Assembly: GCA_951804945.1 (NCBI GenBank)
Contig: OX638152.1
Span: forward strand, 46,872,001 to 46,936,000
Length of the DNA: 64,000 bases
From: Podarcis cretensis
Lineage: Eukaryota
Reading direction: 5' to 3'
Position 1 is the stretch's first letter; every line of letters begins with the position of its first letter. Made by a program: the position numbers and the translations under genes. The notes beneath the pieces are model-generated. The model saw only the letters and a list, made by a program, of their open reading frames with translations, made no database searches and was not told where the DNA came from. Of this stretch, positions 1 through 13,358 are shown piece after piece.

Positions 1-160
1 CTAGCTTGACGATCCAAAGAGCTCTTTGTTTCATCTATGCTGGATGTATGCTGTCGTTCTAGAGAACTTCCTTTTCTCTCTGTCGAACCTCCACGTTGGC
101 CAGGGCCTATCTGCTGCCTTAAACCCTGACCAGGGGGTGGGTCTGGCGGTGGTGGAAGAT
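1..160 (-). CDS. ROBO2: ROBO2 exon with CC3 motif (truncated by window edge)
   Basis: Acceptor ttttag at 161-162; (D)LPPPPDPPPGQGLRQQIGPGQRGGSTERKGSSLERQHTSSIDETKSSLDRQA; not in ORF track. Confidence 0.95.
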
Positions 161-3113
161 CTAAAAATGTGAATAGACTCAGAATTTCAATGACATATTA
201 GTTACATTTAAATTTTAGCGGAAAATGAAAGGATTGGAAAGACTTGACAAAATATAGTTATCCTACATTTTTCACTTGGTTTTAGACAATTGCTAGATGT
301 TTTTGGCTGTAAATAACTGAACATGCCCTTCACCAGAAGAGTAATTTTTGTTGTGCTGCACTTGACAAGGTCAGTAAAAAAAAAAAGCTTTTATTTTCAG
401 TAGATGGGGGTTGTTTCCTTTTTCATCCTGTTTGCTATGAAATAGTTTTGAAATATATATATTCAAAATGCAGATCACATGTACCCTATCAGTTAAATTA
501 AAAGTGGCTTCATATGAAAGGTTTTCCTGAAGTTTTAACATGCACTCAAATGTTGAGTGAATTTGCAAATTGCTCTAAATATGTCCAGATTATAACACAA
601 CAGATTCTGGGAGGGTGGGGATCTTCAAATGCAAACTACTTTTTAAAAAAGAAGTCACCAGCCTGTGTTTAACTTCAAGCAAACTATACCCACGATAACA
701 TATATCAAATGTGTATGAGTTTTCCTTTATTTTTGAACCTTGCAATGGTGAAGAGACATTAGTAAGCACGATTTTTCAACATTTCTTAGTTGCAATCCAA
801 CATTCTGTCCATGCTGTTTCAAAATAAACATGCAAGACTATTTACATACCACTGCTCACTAAATCCTCTTAGATAAACACAGGATTTGCAATGCTTTGAA
901 TCATGCCTCTGTGAAATATTTTCTATGCATGAACTTTATAGTTCTTTCCTTTTCTGAATTGGGGCTATAGCAGTACTCTCACATGTGCATGCCAGTTAAT
1001 TTCTTTGTCCATGCAGCACTCTTGACCATCTTTGAGAAGATGACTGTACCATAGTTGGAACCACATGTGACTATGGGGAATCAAGAGTCTTCTGGTTCTA
1101 TCCATCTATAGTTTGGTATATGTTGATATTTCTGCACACAAATCTATACCCAGGGTGGTCAGTAGGAGTAAAGTGGATGGGAAAGAAACAGCTGGTGTTA
1201 ATACTTGTGAACCAGCCCTAATGGTGGAACAGATACTCGGGTATTTGGAGCATGACAACACCATTTTGTCTCATGGTGTCTAATTAGTCTAATTGTCTAA
1301 TTAGTTATTCAAAATAATTGAGACAATAAATCTTCCCCATGCCTATCCTACATGGCAATTTTCTCTTTGATTCATATAATGCTGAAAACACTTGTGCCGT
1401 TCATTCAAGCACTTTAACAATTGAGGTAGTAACTTGACATTCCATATTGCCTAATATCCCTTCATATGCAGTGTTTTCAATGAAAGTTGTTCACACATTT
1501 AGCCAGCAGTAATGTACACTTGTATTCAAGTTTCCCTTTCTCACTGGGACTGGATGGTGCACCTGGAGGAGACTAACCTTAATACAACGAGGAACTTCCA
1601 TCTTGATGTAAATAGCAGCTTTATGGAGGAGGTGAAGATTTGCATTGGAACTGAAGCAGAGGGGGGAAAGGGTTTAAACTCCACCCCTGCCTCCTACAAC
1701 CCCCACCCAGAGAGTCTCCATACAGCTGCTATCTGCATTCCTAAAGTGTCATGTAACTTAAAAAGCATCACGTGTAGTTGGGCCCAAGAGGTTCTGAGGT
1801 ATTTTTGTTTTTCAGGTTTGGTGGCAGGAGCTGTCTGGGGTCAAACTGGATACCTTAGGGGTGGCCTGTGTGCTGCTGCCCCATGTGGTGAGCCACTGAA
1901 CTGCAGATTGCAGCATCTTACTAGACAGATTTGCATCCTAAGGCCTCAGGTAAGTTTATTTATTTATACCATAACATTTATATGCTGTTTGAGTTATTAA
2001 AAAAATTATTAAGATATTAACAAAAAGAATAGAACAATGAAATTATCATGAAGAACAACCATTTAAGACATTCGAAAGATAATTAAAATAAATGATAAAC
2101 TAAAAACAGATTAAAGTACATATCAACATTCTACATATATGGGTAGTCTTGTCTGAACAAAATGCTTTTAGCTGATGGTTTTAGGTAGTAGGTGGATCCT
2201 CCTGGAGAGAAAGGACGATAGGCAGGCTAATGGCTCACCCTATGATGCAGCCACATACAGTCCCAATGGTTACCCATTTCAGCTTCATAAGCTATTGACC
2301 TCTAGTGAAAAGGATTTGTGGATAGTACCTCTTTGACAATAACAGATTTACTGGATAGACTACTCATTTGGTCAGTATTCTTGCTCCCACTCGTGTAAAC
2401 TAAACATGAAGAGGATCATAATAATTTGTAGTTTTTTCTCTGTGGTGCTTTAAGAGTCTGTTTGTTGCTTCAACCAAAATTGTGAGACATTTCTTATAGC
2501 ATGATATATTACTACAGTGACTTAGATTTTCAGTGCATTTTGAAATTGTCTTTCAATTTACTTTCCTTTTCTCCCCTTAGTTATTCGAGTGACAGAATAG
2601 GTTTTTGGATTCAACCTATAAAAGATAGTTTAGGATATAGGAGAGGGTAAACTGAGTTTCCAGTGCATGGGCAAATATTATTTGTAACTTGTCAAACAAG
2701 GCGTGTCAAATTGTTTCCTGTAAACGACAAATGCTGAACCATAATATATGGGCATGGAGCTCTGGCATCTTGCATATAACCGTGCATCTTATGACTATCT
2801 TTGGTTGTTCTCTTTCAGTGAGGTTTTATCCCCATTGGGGTTCATATAGTCAGTAAAAACATATTTGTCTGGAACACCTAGAATTTGCTGACTGCTCTTG
2901 CATTGGTTGGAATTTAGCCAAGTCATCAGAAGCTGCATCTAATGACAGCACAATTCTGGAAAGAGAAATTTGCAAGCCAATTAGTACATTAATGTAATAT
3001 TATTGGAGAGTGGTGGCTTTTCTCCCAATTCAGTAATTAGGGAACTGGGGATTCTGATATTTCGTGACAGCAAAAACCTCAACTGAGCCTAAATGTGTTC
3101 CCATTTGACTCAC

Positions 3114-3154
3114 CTTGGATTAGTGTGAACAGTGTGAGAGATTACCCAGTGTGA
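3114..3154 (-). other. Candidate 41-nt stop-containing cassette exon of ROBO2
   Basis: Minus strand: ctaaactaataactgttgttttcag | 41 nt | AAG gtgagt; in phase 1 reads VTLGNLSHCSH-stop. Confidence 0.5.
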
Positions 3155-3561
3155 CTGAAAACAACAGTTATTAGTTTAGACTTTTAAAAGAGCTTAATGT
3201 TGCTAACTCTCTAGCAGTGCACTTTAATGGAAATCTCAATTAATTGCAGATGATACCCAGGGAAAGAAATTGTGAATAAAGAAAATTGTTTCATGTTTAC
3301 TTGTGAACTGGACTATGTTTGGGCATTATATGGTTGACTCCCCTTCGCCCCTCAGTCTATAATGTAATCAATCTAATACTTTTGCCACTGATTTTGATAG
3401 GATGGTTGATAGTAAAGCATAGGTCGCCAGAAAGAAACTCTGATTATTTTCCTCATATGCCAGTCTTTCTGTATTTGGCAACCTGATTGCATTCCAAACT
3501 ATCTGGAGGGCTTTGTGTCAATGCGATTTCTTTCCTTCCTACCTTTTGTTCTGTTGTCTGG

Positions 3562-4080
3562 TAGGGTTGCCATAGTTCAAGGAGTAAAAATCTGGGCACC
3601 CTCAAAGTTGTTCAGCTTTTTTATCACCTTTCTCAAGGTCCTTAGCATTTAACAATCAGTTCTTCCTCTCCATTTCCCACCATCTGCTCCATAAGTAGGT
3701 CATCCTTCCCGTTAGTGCAGATTTCCCTGTCCCCAATCTAGATTGCAACTCTAGCATGGGACTAGGAGAGTTGCTTGCCATTTGCATTGCATTATAGGAA
3801 AAGGTCTCACTTCTGTCAGTGTGATGTTTTCCACAATGCAGATGGCTAATAGCGGACAAAAGGTCACTCCCAGTTTGCAATTCAGATTGCTGCCCCCCGC
3901 CCAGCACTGACAGTTTGTAAGAGGAGGGAGGAACCCTCACATGTAGTGCGACCTTTATTATCAAAGTATATAGTTAGGATTTATATACATGGATATTAAT
4001 CCCCAAAAGACACTGGTCCTGGAATAAATTTGAAACAAATCAAAATTTGCTATACTGTATAGTAGCAGCGTGACTGCCTA
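3562..4080. mobile_element. Non-autonomous hAT (Tip100-like) element, degenerate
   Basis: Starts TAGGGTTGCCA, a typical hAT-Tip100 terminus; degenerate right end gtgactgccta; no ORF. Confidence 0.45.
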
Positions 4081-4452
4081 TATTACATATTAGGTCGCAG
4101 TAGTCATTATGCAATATGGAAAATGAGTGGGCTCTGTACAAGGATCATGATTTTGGTATTGCAGCCATATTACTTCAGGCAAGCAGATGTGGAAGATAAT
4201 GTTTGAAAACTATTCACTAGGTGAAAGCACTTTTGTTTGTTCTATTTCACATTGTGATACTGTAACAGCTAGTAACAACTGTAAATTAATTGTTGTGTTC
4301 TGTTTTATCATTACAGATGGTGTAGAGATGGAAAAAACTTGACGTGCAATTTATGATGGTAATATGCAGAAAGGCAACTATTGTGGAATGTGGTCTAGAA
4401 AAAATTAAGATAAAATGCAGGAAGGGAAGTTGGCCTAGTTAACATATGGATG

Positions 4453-4510
4453 TGAAACTGCACATTAAGTGTTGTAACAACATGAAACTGCACATTAAGT
4501 GTTGTAACAA
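4453..4510. repeat. Tandem duplication, 28-bp unit, period 30
   Basis: tgaaactgcacattaagtgttgtaacaa at 4453-4480 and 4483-4510. Confidence 0.95.
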
Positions 4511-4529
4511 TGGATAAGCATATCCATTG

Positions 4530-5960
4530 TTAGAGACCTCCTAGGAAAGTACTACGTCCCGCCCTCCAGCAGTCTTATGTTTGAGCATTGCTGCATTTAA
4601 CTTCAAGACATGCTGCATCTTTGTAGTTAGCTAGCAGCCAATAGCTAGCAGGTAGAGAGAAATAAGCAGCTTGATTGAGGACTTGATTGAGGTTAATGTT
4701 ATGGTCATCACAGTGCAAATGATTCAGTCAGGGAACTTGCAACAAAACAAGGCAATGAATGGATTTGTACAATACAGGTTTTGTTAGACAGTGTAATAGT
4801 TCCACAATCATTGCTGCTACTATACCTGTGGCGTGTCAGAACCCCTACACATGAAACAAGGAATCAATTTAGTACAACTGGATGACATACCAATTCGGAA
4901 AAGTCACTGGCATTTGAGAAACTGTGCAAGTACTCTTAAAAACATGATGAATGCCAGTGCAGTATCGGTGAGTTAGTTGACAAATTGAAGGGGTTATCCC
5001 CCTTCTCAGGCAACGCACAGCGAGAAACATCTCGTAAGTAAATTAGAAGGTGCCTTTGGGGAAGTAACGTCTGCTTCATGTGCTCCAGGATTGAACAAAA
5101 AACAGCTTTGATAAAACTGCAACATACTTTCGGTACCAGAACACGAAAGTTGATATTGATGCACATCGACAGTACAAATAGCAGCAGCAATAATTTGGGA
5201 GGAGATTTATTTAAAGATCTATAGCTGTGACAGATTCAAGACTGGTGAGGTCGCTATAGCTATGGCAGAAGCTGGGAAAAGTCTACATGAGAAGATGTAC
5301 CACCTGTACAAAAAACGTTTAGCTTGCCAACCATTACATGCAAAATTTGACTTCACAGCCTTTTTACCAATGTTCACTGCTGTTAGGCAGCATAGTCTCA
5401 AGCATTTTCTACTCCTGTTGTGGTGCTGACCTATTGATTACTACATAATAATTCTATTTATATTACTTTATCTAATAACAACTTGCACATTGCCTTGTAA
5501 TATTACAGATGTTCCTAAAAATGGCATATTGACATCCTTATCTGTCAGCTGTATCAATGAGCTGCCAAGGACTATCAACACACTTCCATTTACAAATTTT
5601 TCACACACCTTCATCTGCTCACATTTTCGACCTGATTGTAGACATTAAAATATTGGTAAAACCCATGTTGTGGTGGTTTTACTGTTTCAGCAGCCTTATT
5701 TGTAACTATATCTTGGTATCATCACAGCTACTGAACAAGAAATAGGGATGGAGGTCGCAGTGGAATATTTGACACCAAAATCATGGTCCTTGCTGGTATA
5801 GAATCTGCATTACAGTAATTTCCCATATTCATATTTTTGCCACGATTATTTCCAAGGTGGGGTTGTTAGGGACAACTAGTATGTCGCTCAGGAAGTCAAG
5901 CTGCCATTATGTTTCAAATTTCTTCTTGGTCACATGTCCTACCAAACCTCGAGTATTTTT
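4530..5960 (+). mobile_element. Internally deleted Academ (AcademX-like) DNA transposon relic; ends approximate
   Basis: Frameshifted peptides in order: DSVRELATKQGNEW (4721), FHNHC, AFEKLCKY (4910), HDECQCSIGELVDKL (4943), SEKHLVSKLEGAFGE (5019), VQIAAAIIWEEIYLKIYSCDRF (5172), YHLYKKRLACQPLHAKFDFTAFLPMFTAVRQHSLK; resemble recalled Academ transposase motifs. Confidence 0.7.
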
Positions 5961-7454
5961 CTAGTTTTTTTGGGGGGGGAATGCATCTGTGCAGTAGATT
6001 CTAGCCTAAACTGGTCATTCTTTAATTTTTGTTATAAAATATATTAGAACATTAAAGTAAATTCCACCCTTCCCCCACATTTTGTGGTTGTATCAGTAAA
6101 CAACATGAATATTATTTACTGTTTGAACTTGCACCAAATGTGTAATCCTACGATTTTGAAAGGAACAAAACCTTGTCAAAAGCTGAAATTTTAAAATAAC
6201 CCGAAGCAGCCTATATTAAGCCTAAGTTACAGAATGTCATCAGACATATGTGTGAGAATAAATTCATATAATATTGCTTTGCTGTCCTGGTGAGACTGGA
6301 TTTCACATCTCAGTAGGAGAAACTAATGCTTGGCTAAATAGCCCAGCCATAATTCATAGCCTGACATAGATCTAACATCAACACTGACTGAAAGACTTGA
6401 AAGTAACAAATAGCAAGTGAAATGGAATCACAACATCCATCTTGGTTTCACTATCATCAATTAAAATGTTTTTTGATAAGAAATTTGAGAGATGAGAAAA
6501 TGGAAAATAAACTGACCACCTTTGAGATAATCAAGGTAGTAGAGCAAAACATTGTTATGAGAAAGGTATCAATTACTTATCAAGACAGAACAGTGACAGA
6601 AAAGATGTTTGTTTGTTTGTTTTAAAAGGGAAACGATGCTAGAGGTGGAAAAACAAAATGAAATCTAGAAGTCTGCCTTTCCTTGTGGTCCTGCCATGCC
6701 AACTTACATTTCTTTAAAAGAGAGTAATTTCAAAATACTGTACTGTGTGTTTTTAACACCACAAAATAAGTGGCATATTCATGCATATCTGGTGGAAATA
6801 TAAGAAGATGAGCTCTTTTTGGAATGATATGCATATGAGACAGACATTTGGATCTATTAAATATAATGCAACATTATTCTATAATATTATTTTGTAACTT
6901 CATTATACATCACTTAGAAACTATAGTGTTAAGTGGTAAATAAATTGTTGAAATAAGTAAATAGGTTACTTGAGAAATAAGATACATGCAGAACATATGG
7001 AATTGGTATGATACTAACTACAGCAAAAGTTTGAATTGCTTATAAACAAAAAATTTCTACTATGGTAACTATGAATAAATGGTTTATTAGAACCAAGTTT
7101 GCCCTGATGGAAAACTTGACACAATTTATGTAGTTAGGAGAGGGAAGTAAATTGACAGGAACTTTCCAGAAAGAATGGACCCCTTTTACTTCATATATTT
7201 AACATGGATCTTAACACATACAAAGCATTTTCACTGCTGTCTTAAACAGTAGTATAAGATAAATTATAATTAATGAACTGTGAGAATCTGTATGTAGAAG
7301 TCTATATATTTTGAATATTATGAATGTGAAAAGAAATGTGACAAAAATAGTGAACAAACACAATTTAATATAAACTTTCACGTAACTTGTTATACTAATT
7401 TGGAAAGTACCATTTTACAGTTAACATGGAAATGACTTCTAACAAAGAACTTAC

Positions 7455-7619
7455 CATCTGTCATTCCTTCTCTACGGTGAGGCAATGGAGGCTGATCCAC
7501 TCTGCCTCCCTTGTGTTTTTTGGTAGGCCTAGGCCTCTGACTCTGGGCTGCACTCGTGTTGCTGTCAGTAGAAAAGGGGCTGGTTGGCCGAGGCCTCTGA
7601 GAAGAGGAATATGGTTTGC
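7455..7619 (-). CDS. ROBO2: ROBO2 intracellular exon (165 nt)
   Basis: gtttgtag | (G)KPYSSSQRPRPTSPFSTDSNTSAAQSQRPRPTKKHKGGRVDQPPLPHRREGMTD | gtaagt; phase 1-1. Confidence 0.96.
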
Positions 7620-10050
7620 CTACAAACAAAAATGGAAATTGATACGTTATTCTGCTTACATGCCTGCTCTAACAGGCTTCCGTTTCTTTATTTGCAACAC
7701 CTCACATGAAAACTCATGACAACTGTTATTGACAGCACCACCAGCAAAGTGACAAACTCAGTGTTGGAGTTTACTGTTAAAGTTTATTTGAAAAACATTT
7801 TCACCATTTGCTGACCATCTTTTTTGTATGCTAAACAGAAATGCGAAACTAATACATTTTTTAAAAAAAGATTGGAAGCAACATTTACGCACCATGACTT
7901 CTATGCAGAAAACATGTGTTCTGGATGAGGAGTCTAACCTCAGCTTTGCCCAACACATGCTGTATTTTTATTGCATAAGTAACCACATTAGACAATTTAT
8001 TCTGGGGCCCAAACCATTCAAGAACAGGCTAATACAGATAAGATTTATCCATATTTCATTATTTTGTATGCATGCAGATGTTAATATTTATTGAAAAAGG
8101 TAGCTATTGGCTAATCAAATAGAGTTGTCATTTCCAGGTCTAACGAGACAGTTGTGTTCCCTTCAGTACTAATGGAGTGTTCATCAGCCAAAAAAAAAGT
8201 TATTCCACTCAATTTATATGTATTGCTTAAATTAACCAAGCAATACAAATTAACCAAGCAACACAGACTGTTTTAGTTTTAGTAAGAATGTATATTTTTC
8301 TTTCTTTTCAATGTCATCCATTTTAGAAACCTGAGGTGGAATCCAGTTTGTGCCCCAGCACTCATAGAAAGACTTTTGATCCACGAGACATCTCTAGTAG
8401 TGGAGGAGGAAGGGGGCAAATTTTAATTGATTCCTCTCCTGCAGTTCCCACACCTTAGAAATTACGATATGCTGAATTTTTGTAATTTTCTATAAAGTGA
8501 GGTTTTTGTTTTTTTTAACAATGGTTTCATAATTTTAAACAAGCATACATTAAGTTCGGTTTTTCAAAGCCAATGGAAGAACAAATGATTTTCGGCAATA
8601 ATCTACTTGATTAATAATACTTCAATATAAAGTCTTAGGATTTATGTAGAATACTACAGTATATTAGTCCTTTATTGTTCTTGATGAGATTGCAGTCTTA
8701 TAAAGCCTTCCTCCTCCTCCCTGCCTCCTCCCTGCTTTCAGTGACAAGTGCACTGCTCCCTTACAAGAGTCTATCACACAGACCACTTGGGATGTTTGTA
8801 GGAGAAACATGCATGCCAGAACCCTTACAAAGCCCTCTGTTTTATGTACAGGGTGGTTTAAATTTTACAACCATATGACAGCCATCCCACATAGTGGGTG
8901 TTAGGAGTTTGTTATGCTGTTGAAGTTTCTTGATCTGTGTAGTAATCCCTTTGTGTTATAAACAGGCCCAAGAGTAGCCAATGTATCTCTGGGCACTTCC
9001 ACACCATACTCTGGAGACTCTGCTGCTCATTCATGCAAGATTTGTGCAGCATCCACATGACATGATCCCCATCAAAATGTCATCCCATATTCCTTCCTCA
9101 TTTAATCTGGCTGTATTTTTGCTGGAATTTTACTTACTCAGTTTTCCACGGAAATAGAACAAATTGGAAAATAACACAGAGCGAAACACTATGTAGGGGC
9201 TGCACAAAACTTTCATGTAGTAGCTACAGAGTCCCCAATCTGCCATTAGGAAGTGCCCTCTGCCTCCTTAATGCACCTACTATGATCTGAACACAACCAT
9301 AGCCTACTTCTAAGCATTTTATGTACTTTGACTCATCTTTTTTGCAGAGAAGGAAAGAGAAGTAAGCACAGAAAAAATAAAATATAAGGTTGCCTTTATC
9401 TGGCATTTGAAAGCCAAATCAGAGTCACTTTGTTTAAGCAAGGCAACTAATTTGTTTAACTAGATGCTGTCCATGATACAATTTTAATTATAATCTTGCT
9501 GTCAGACACAATAAATGATTGGATTAAGTGCCTTAAAAGGCAACCATTTAATAAGGCTGTTAAACTGTTGCATTGTTAGAGTGATAAACTTTCACCAACT
9601 CACCCCATGCTCACAGTCTTCCCAGAAAATACATTTGGCAAGAGAGATGCAAAAGAGAAGCAGTAATGGAGATAAAAGCTAAGTGTGCAGTTCTTCACAA
9701 GAAATATTATTGATTGTGAGAAGGTTTTGCAAATAATAAATCATCAAAAATTGCATGGCAAAATTAGCAGTCTCCTTGAGGCCGTATTAAAAGGCAGTAT
9801 GTGTCGGTGTCAGTAAATCCATAGCAGAGTCAAGAGAAGTGTTAAAATGTCTGTGCACTGCACTGCTTTGTTTCTGCTTGAAGTACTATTAAACAAAAAA
9901 CAAAAAACCTAACAGGCAGAAACAAACCATCTGCTTTATATGCATGTTAGGCATATTTATGCTGAGGTTTTACTTTTCTTAGGAAAGGAGGAAGAAAGAA
10001 AAGACAGAGGCCCACATCATGCAAAAAGCATTAGCTTTGTGTCTACAAAC

Positions 10051-10233
10051 CTGTTCTTGATAGGCTGGTTCCATCCAGCCTAAACCCAGCTTTATCTGCT
10101 GCTGCAACCAGAGCTTGTGCAAAACTGCCGCTGGTAAAGATGGAGTCATCTGAGGAGCTACCTACACTAGATCTATGACTAGAAAAGTTACGGTCCTCAT
10201 CAGACGCAGAACCCCATCCATTTACAAGTGAAC
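10051..10233 (-). CDS. ROBO2: ROBO2 183-nt symmetric (cassette-type) exon
   Basis: tttttag | (G)[60 protein letters not shown] | gtttgt; paralogous to the ROBO1 NGWGSAS region. Confidence 0.93.
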
Positions 10234-13200
10234 CTAAAAACAAATGTAGGGGGCTAGTGAGTTGCACACATGAAATAGCTTAACTGTTATGTAAATTCCA
10301 AAGGGCTATTAAAATACCTCTTTTCCTTCTACTTTCAAATCTCAATTTTGTATTTCTAGAATAGGGAAATTCAGATAAAAATTCATTGCAGTTTTACCCA
10401 TTACCATGGATCTCAGCCAATGGAGAAGTTCAGATTTTGTCAGGTTTTTTTTAATAAAGGATCTTAAAGTGGACATTTCTTACCTCAGAATTCAAAATAA
10501 GAAAAACATGAATGCACTGTATCATACAATTATTACCGGTACCTGCTGTCCTAAACTTAAATTTTTAAACTCTTTACTTGCTGTGGTATTCAACTAAGTT
10601 TTACTCAAAGCAAACCCACTGAAACTAATGGTCATATCTTAGTCATGTTCATTTTAATGTGTCTACTCTGAATAAAACTTAGTTGTATACCACCCTTAAA
10701 CACTACCTTCCATAGGTTAGTGTGGCACGAGTAAGTTTTGTGTGTAGAAAATTCAGGAATGAGGCAAATCCAGTCAAATGGAATCTTTCCTTTTGCATTT
10801 TGCTTTTCCAGGTATGAGCACTCTGCTTTCCGGGATATATAAAATGTATAAAAATTCAAGGCTTTAAAGTTTGGAATTAAAATCTCAGCCTCTAGTCTTC
10901 AAGGTGAAAAGTTACAGGTCACTCTTGAGATAAGGCTGCAAATGGCACCATTCAAAAATGTTCAAGTTCTGAGGATTTTCAAGTCTCACCACCTACTGGG
11001 AATTCTTGCTCATTTAGACTTTTAATGGAAGAAATGGAAGATGTAAATAGGGCAGATGTTGGTTTGTTGTTGAAAGTGCTGAGAAAAGCTGCATCTGATG
11101 ACATTCCCTTTTCTACTCCACTACTAAAAGTAAAGGTGCTCTAGTCACTAGTTTTTCCAAACTCTAAAACACAGATATTTTCAGCCAGCCCATTGCAATG
11201 AGCAAAATGATTATAAAAGTTGTTTGGGGCATCTCAGAGTCTCAAACTTCTAGTCTGAAACTAGAAGCACAGGATGCCTACGTGACAATTCAAAACATCC
11301 GTGCTATACAAAACCATAGGAAATAGCTTTGGTGCCAATTAGCTTTCCAAAACAATGAAAATAGTTTGCAGTGGTGGAATGACCAAATCTTTTAGCATCA
11401 ATGCAGTGGTATGCTGTAATAAACAAGTTTCTGCACTCCAAGATACAAGAACAGAAGCTGAAGGAGTCGACAGAGATTTGACAGGCTGAAAGTGGGTTAA
11501 GCGCAACAGAGACTGACAATTTGATTCTGCTTGCCAGAGGCACAAATAAAATTGTTACTTTCCAAATTGACTCTGCCTGACATAGACAGATGTAGGTAAG
11601 GCAAGATAACAGCTAAGGCAAGCTGGGGGGAAAAGTGAAAAAGCCATTTCTTAAAAAGTAAAACTACATAGATTTCTGAACAGAGATCACTACAACAGGC
11701 TAGCTGAAGAGATTATTTGTGTATAGAAATGTTCAGGATAATGATTTAAAACAAGCCTTGCTTCATTTGACTTGGTGACCATCATTTGAAGAAAGAATGT
11801 CAACTGCTCAACATATATACCTTAAATGAAAAAAGGTTTAGGAGTTCTGTAACCAGGACATGTATACTTTAAATGAAAATCAGTTTAGGTGTTTTGTGGG
11901 ATGTAACCAGAACAACAACAACAACAACTCAGCGAGCAAGGAAATTACCTAAACATGAAGGCTGAATTTTGCTTGCTCTTTTTGCTGCAGCATTTCCCAC
12001 TGGTGAAGAGACCAGCACTGATTTTCATTAAAAAAAATACACCCCAAACAGAAAACAAAGTGCTGACTATGTACACAGATCTCTTACACTAACTGATATT
12101 TTGTTGGATCATAGCCTGTTTACAATAAGCTGCATATTGAAAACAAGATCTAAATTATAACATGCTGATATTCTGAATTGCTTAAAGGTTGTTATATTGT
12201 GTGTATGTCTATATATCTGTAAAAACACACAATCACACTCTTTTAATGTATTTCCTTATTTTTTTCAAGGACTGCAGAACGTGATGAATCAGCTGGTGTA
12301 TGTGTGTGTGTGAATAATATTAACAGCAATGTTGTGAGTTGCTCCACAAGAATGGTGTCATAGCCTTAATTCAGGGAGGCAACTCATCCTTTCCCAAAAT
12401 CGCTTGTATGATATAATAATGCGGGATACTACTCGAGGGATGTTACTGGAGAGCAGAACTGTCAAAAACTTTACAGACACAACTAACTGCACTGTCAAAT
12501 CAGACTGCACATTTCAGCTCTTTTTAAAGTGTCAGAAATAGGAATTCCATCAGGGCAATCAGAAATGTCCCTGCAGTTTGTGAGAGACAACCCAAAAGAA
12601 CAGCTTGTTTTTTGTGAGAAGGCCCAAACTGCCTTTGGTGATGGGGATAGTCGCTATTACTGTGAGACAACATTGTTGGGTTGCCCTTATGCAGTACCAC
12701 AATCCACCAACTAAGGCTGATAGAACCAATATCGGACCATTCTGACCCAGATTCAGGTGCTAATATGACATTTAGGTGTAGCGTATTCTAGCAGGACAAA
12801 GCATGGCACAACTGTGAACCCATATGGTTCTGTTTTTATAAGATTATAAGATTATTTGGAAGACAGAAATTCAACTGGACAGAGTGGGAAAGAAAGATGA
12901 ACTGCAACATTACAGAAAATATGGGAATATTTTCATATGAATATTATATATAAACCAATTTAAAAGAAAATCACTTTAAAATTATACATGGCAGAAAAGA
13001 CTCAGGAATATGACAATAATACAGCATGGCAAATGTTAGAGGTGTCAGCAAACTCATGTAGATGATCTTCATGTCTTGTGCACCTCCAAAATTACTCTTT
13101 TTTGAAAAGGAGTAATAGCTATCTATTAAGGAAATAATGGGAAAAGTCTGGTTTTTATATTAAACAGCCATTTGCAGCTTTGCTGGTTTACTTAAGACAA

Positions 13201-13279
13201 GACCTTGTGATTAATATCCAAGTTTTGAAAAGGGACTTAAAAGGGAGTAAGTCTAGAAGTAGTTTAAGCTCAAACTTCA

Positions 13280-13358
13280 GGTGTTGCTAGACTTCAAATC
13301 CCATCAGGCTCAGCCAAGTGTGGCCAATGGATGGGAGTGATGGGAGCTGTAGTCCAGC
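13280..13358. mobile_element. Short palindromic hAT-type MITE remnant
   Basis: gacttcaaatcccatca...gatgggagctgtagtcc; same family motif as the intact copy at 36884-37019. Confidence 0.6.

Noticed and set aside
1512-2000. Longest ORF in the track (162 aa, + strand)
   Set aside because: No recognisable domain, antisense intronic, runs into an L2-like tail; consistent with chance.
9595-9665. Strong donor GGG|gtgagt with an upstream pyrimidine tract
   Set aside because: Nearest AG is in a purine context and gives a 14-nt frameshifting segment; no coherent exon.
12330-12800. Compositionally distinct block with a 61-aa ORF
   Set aside because: Probably an old repeat; no motif or termini that I could identify.
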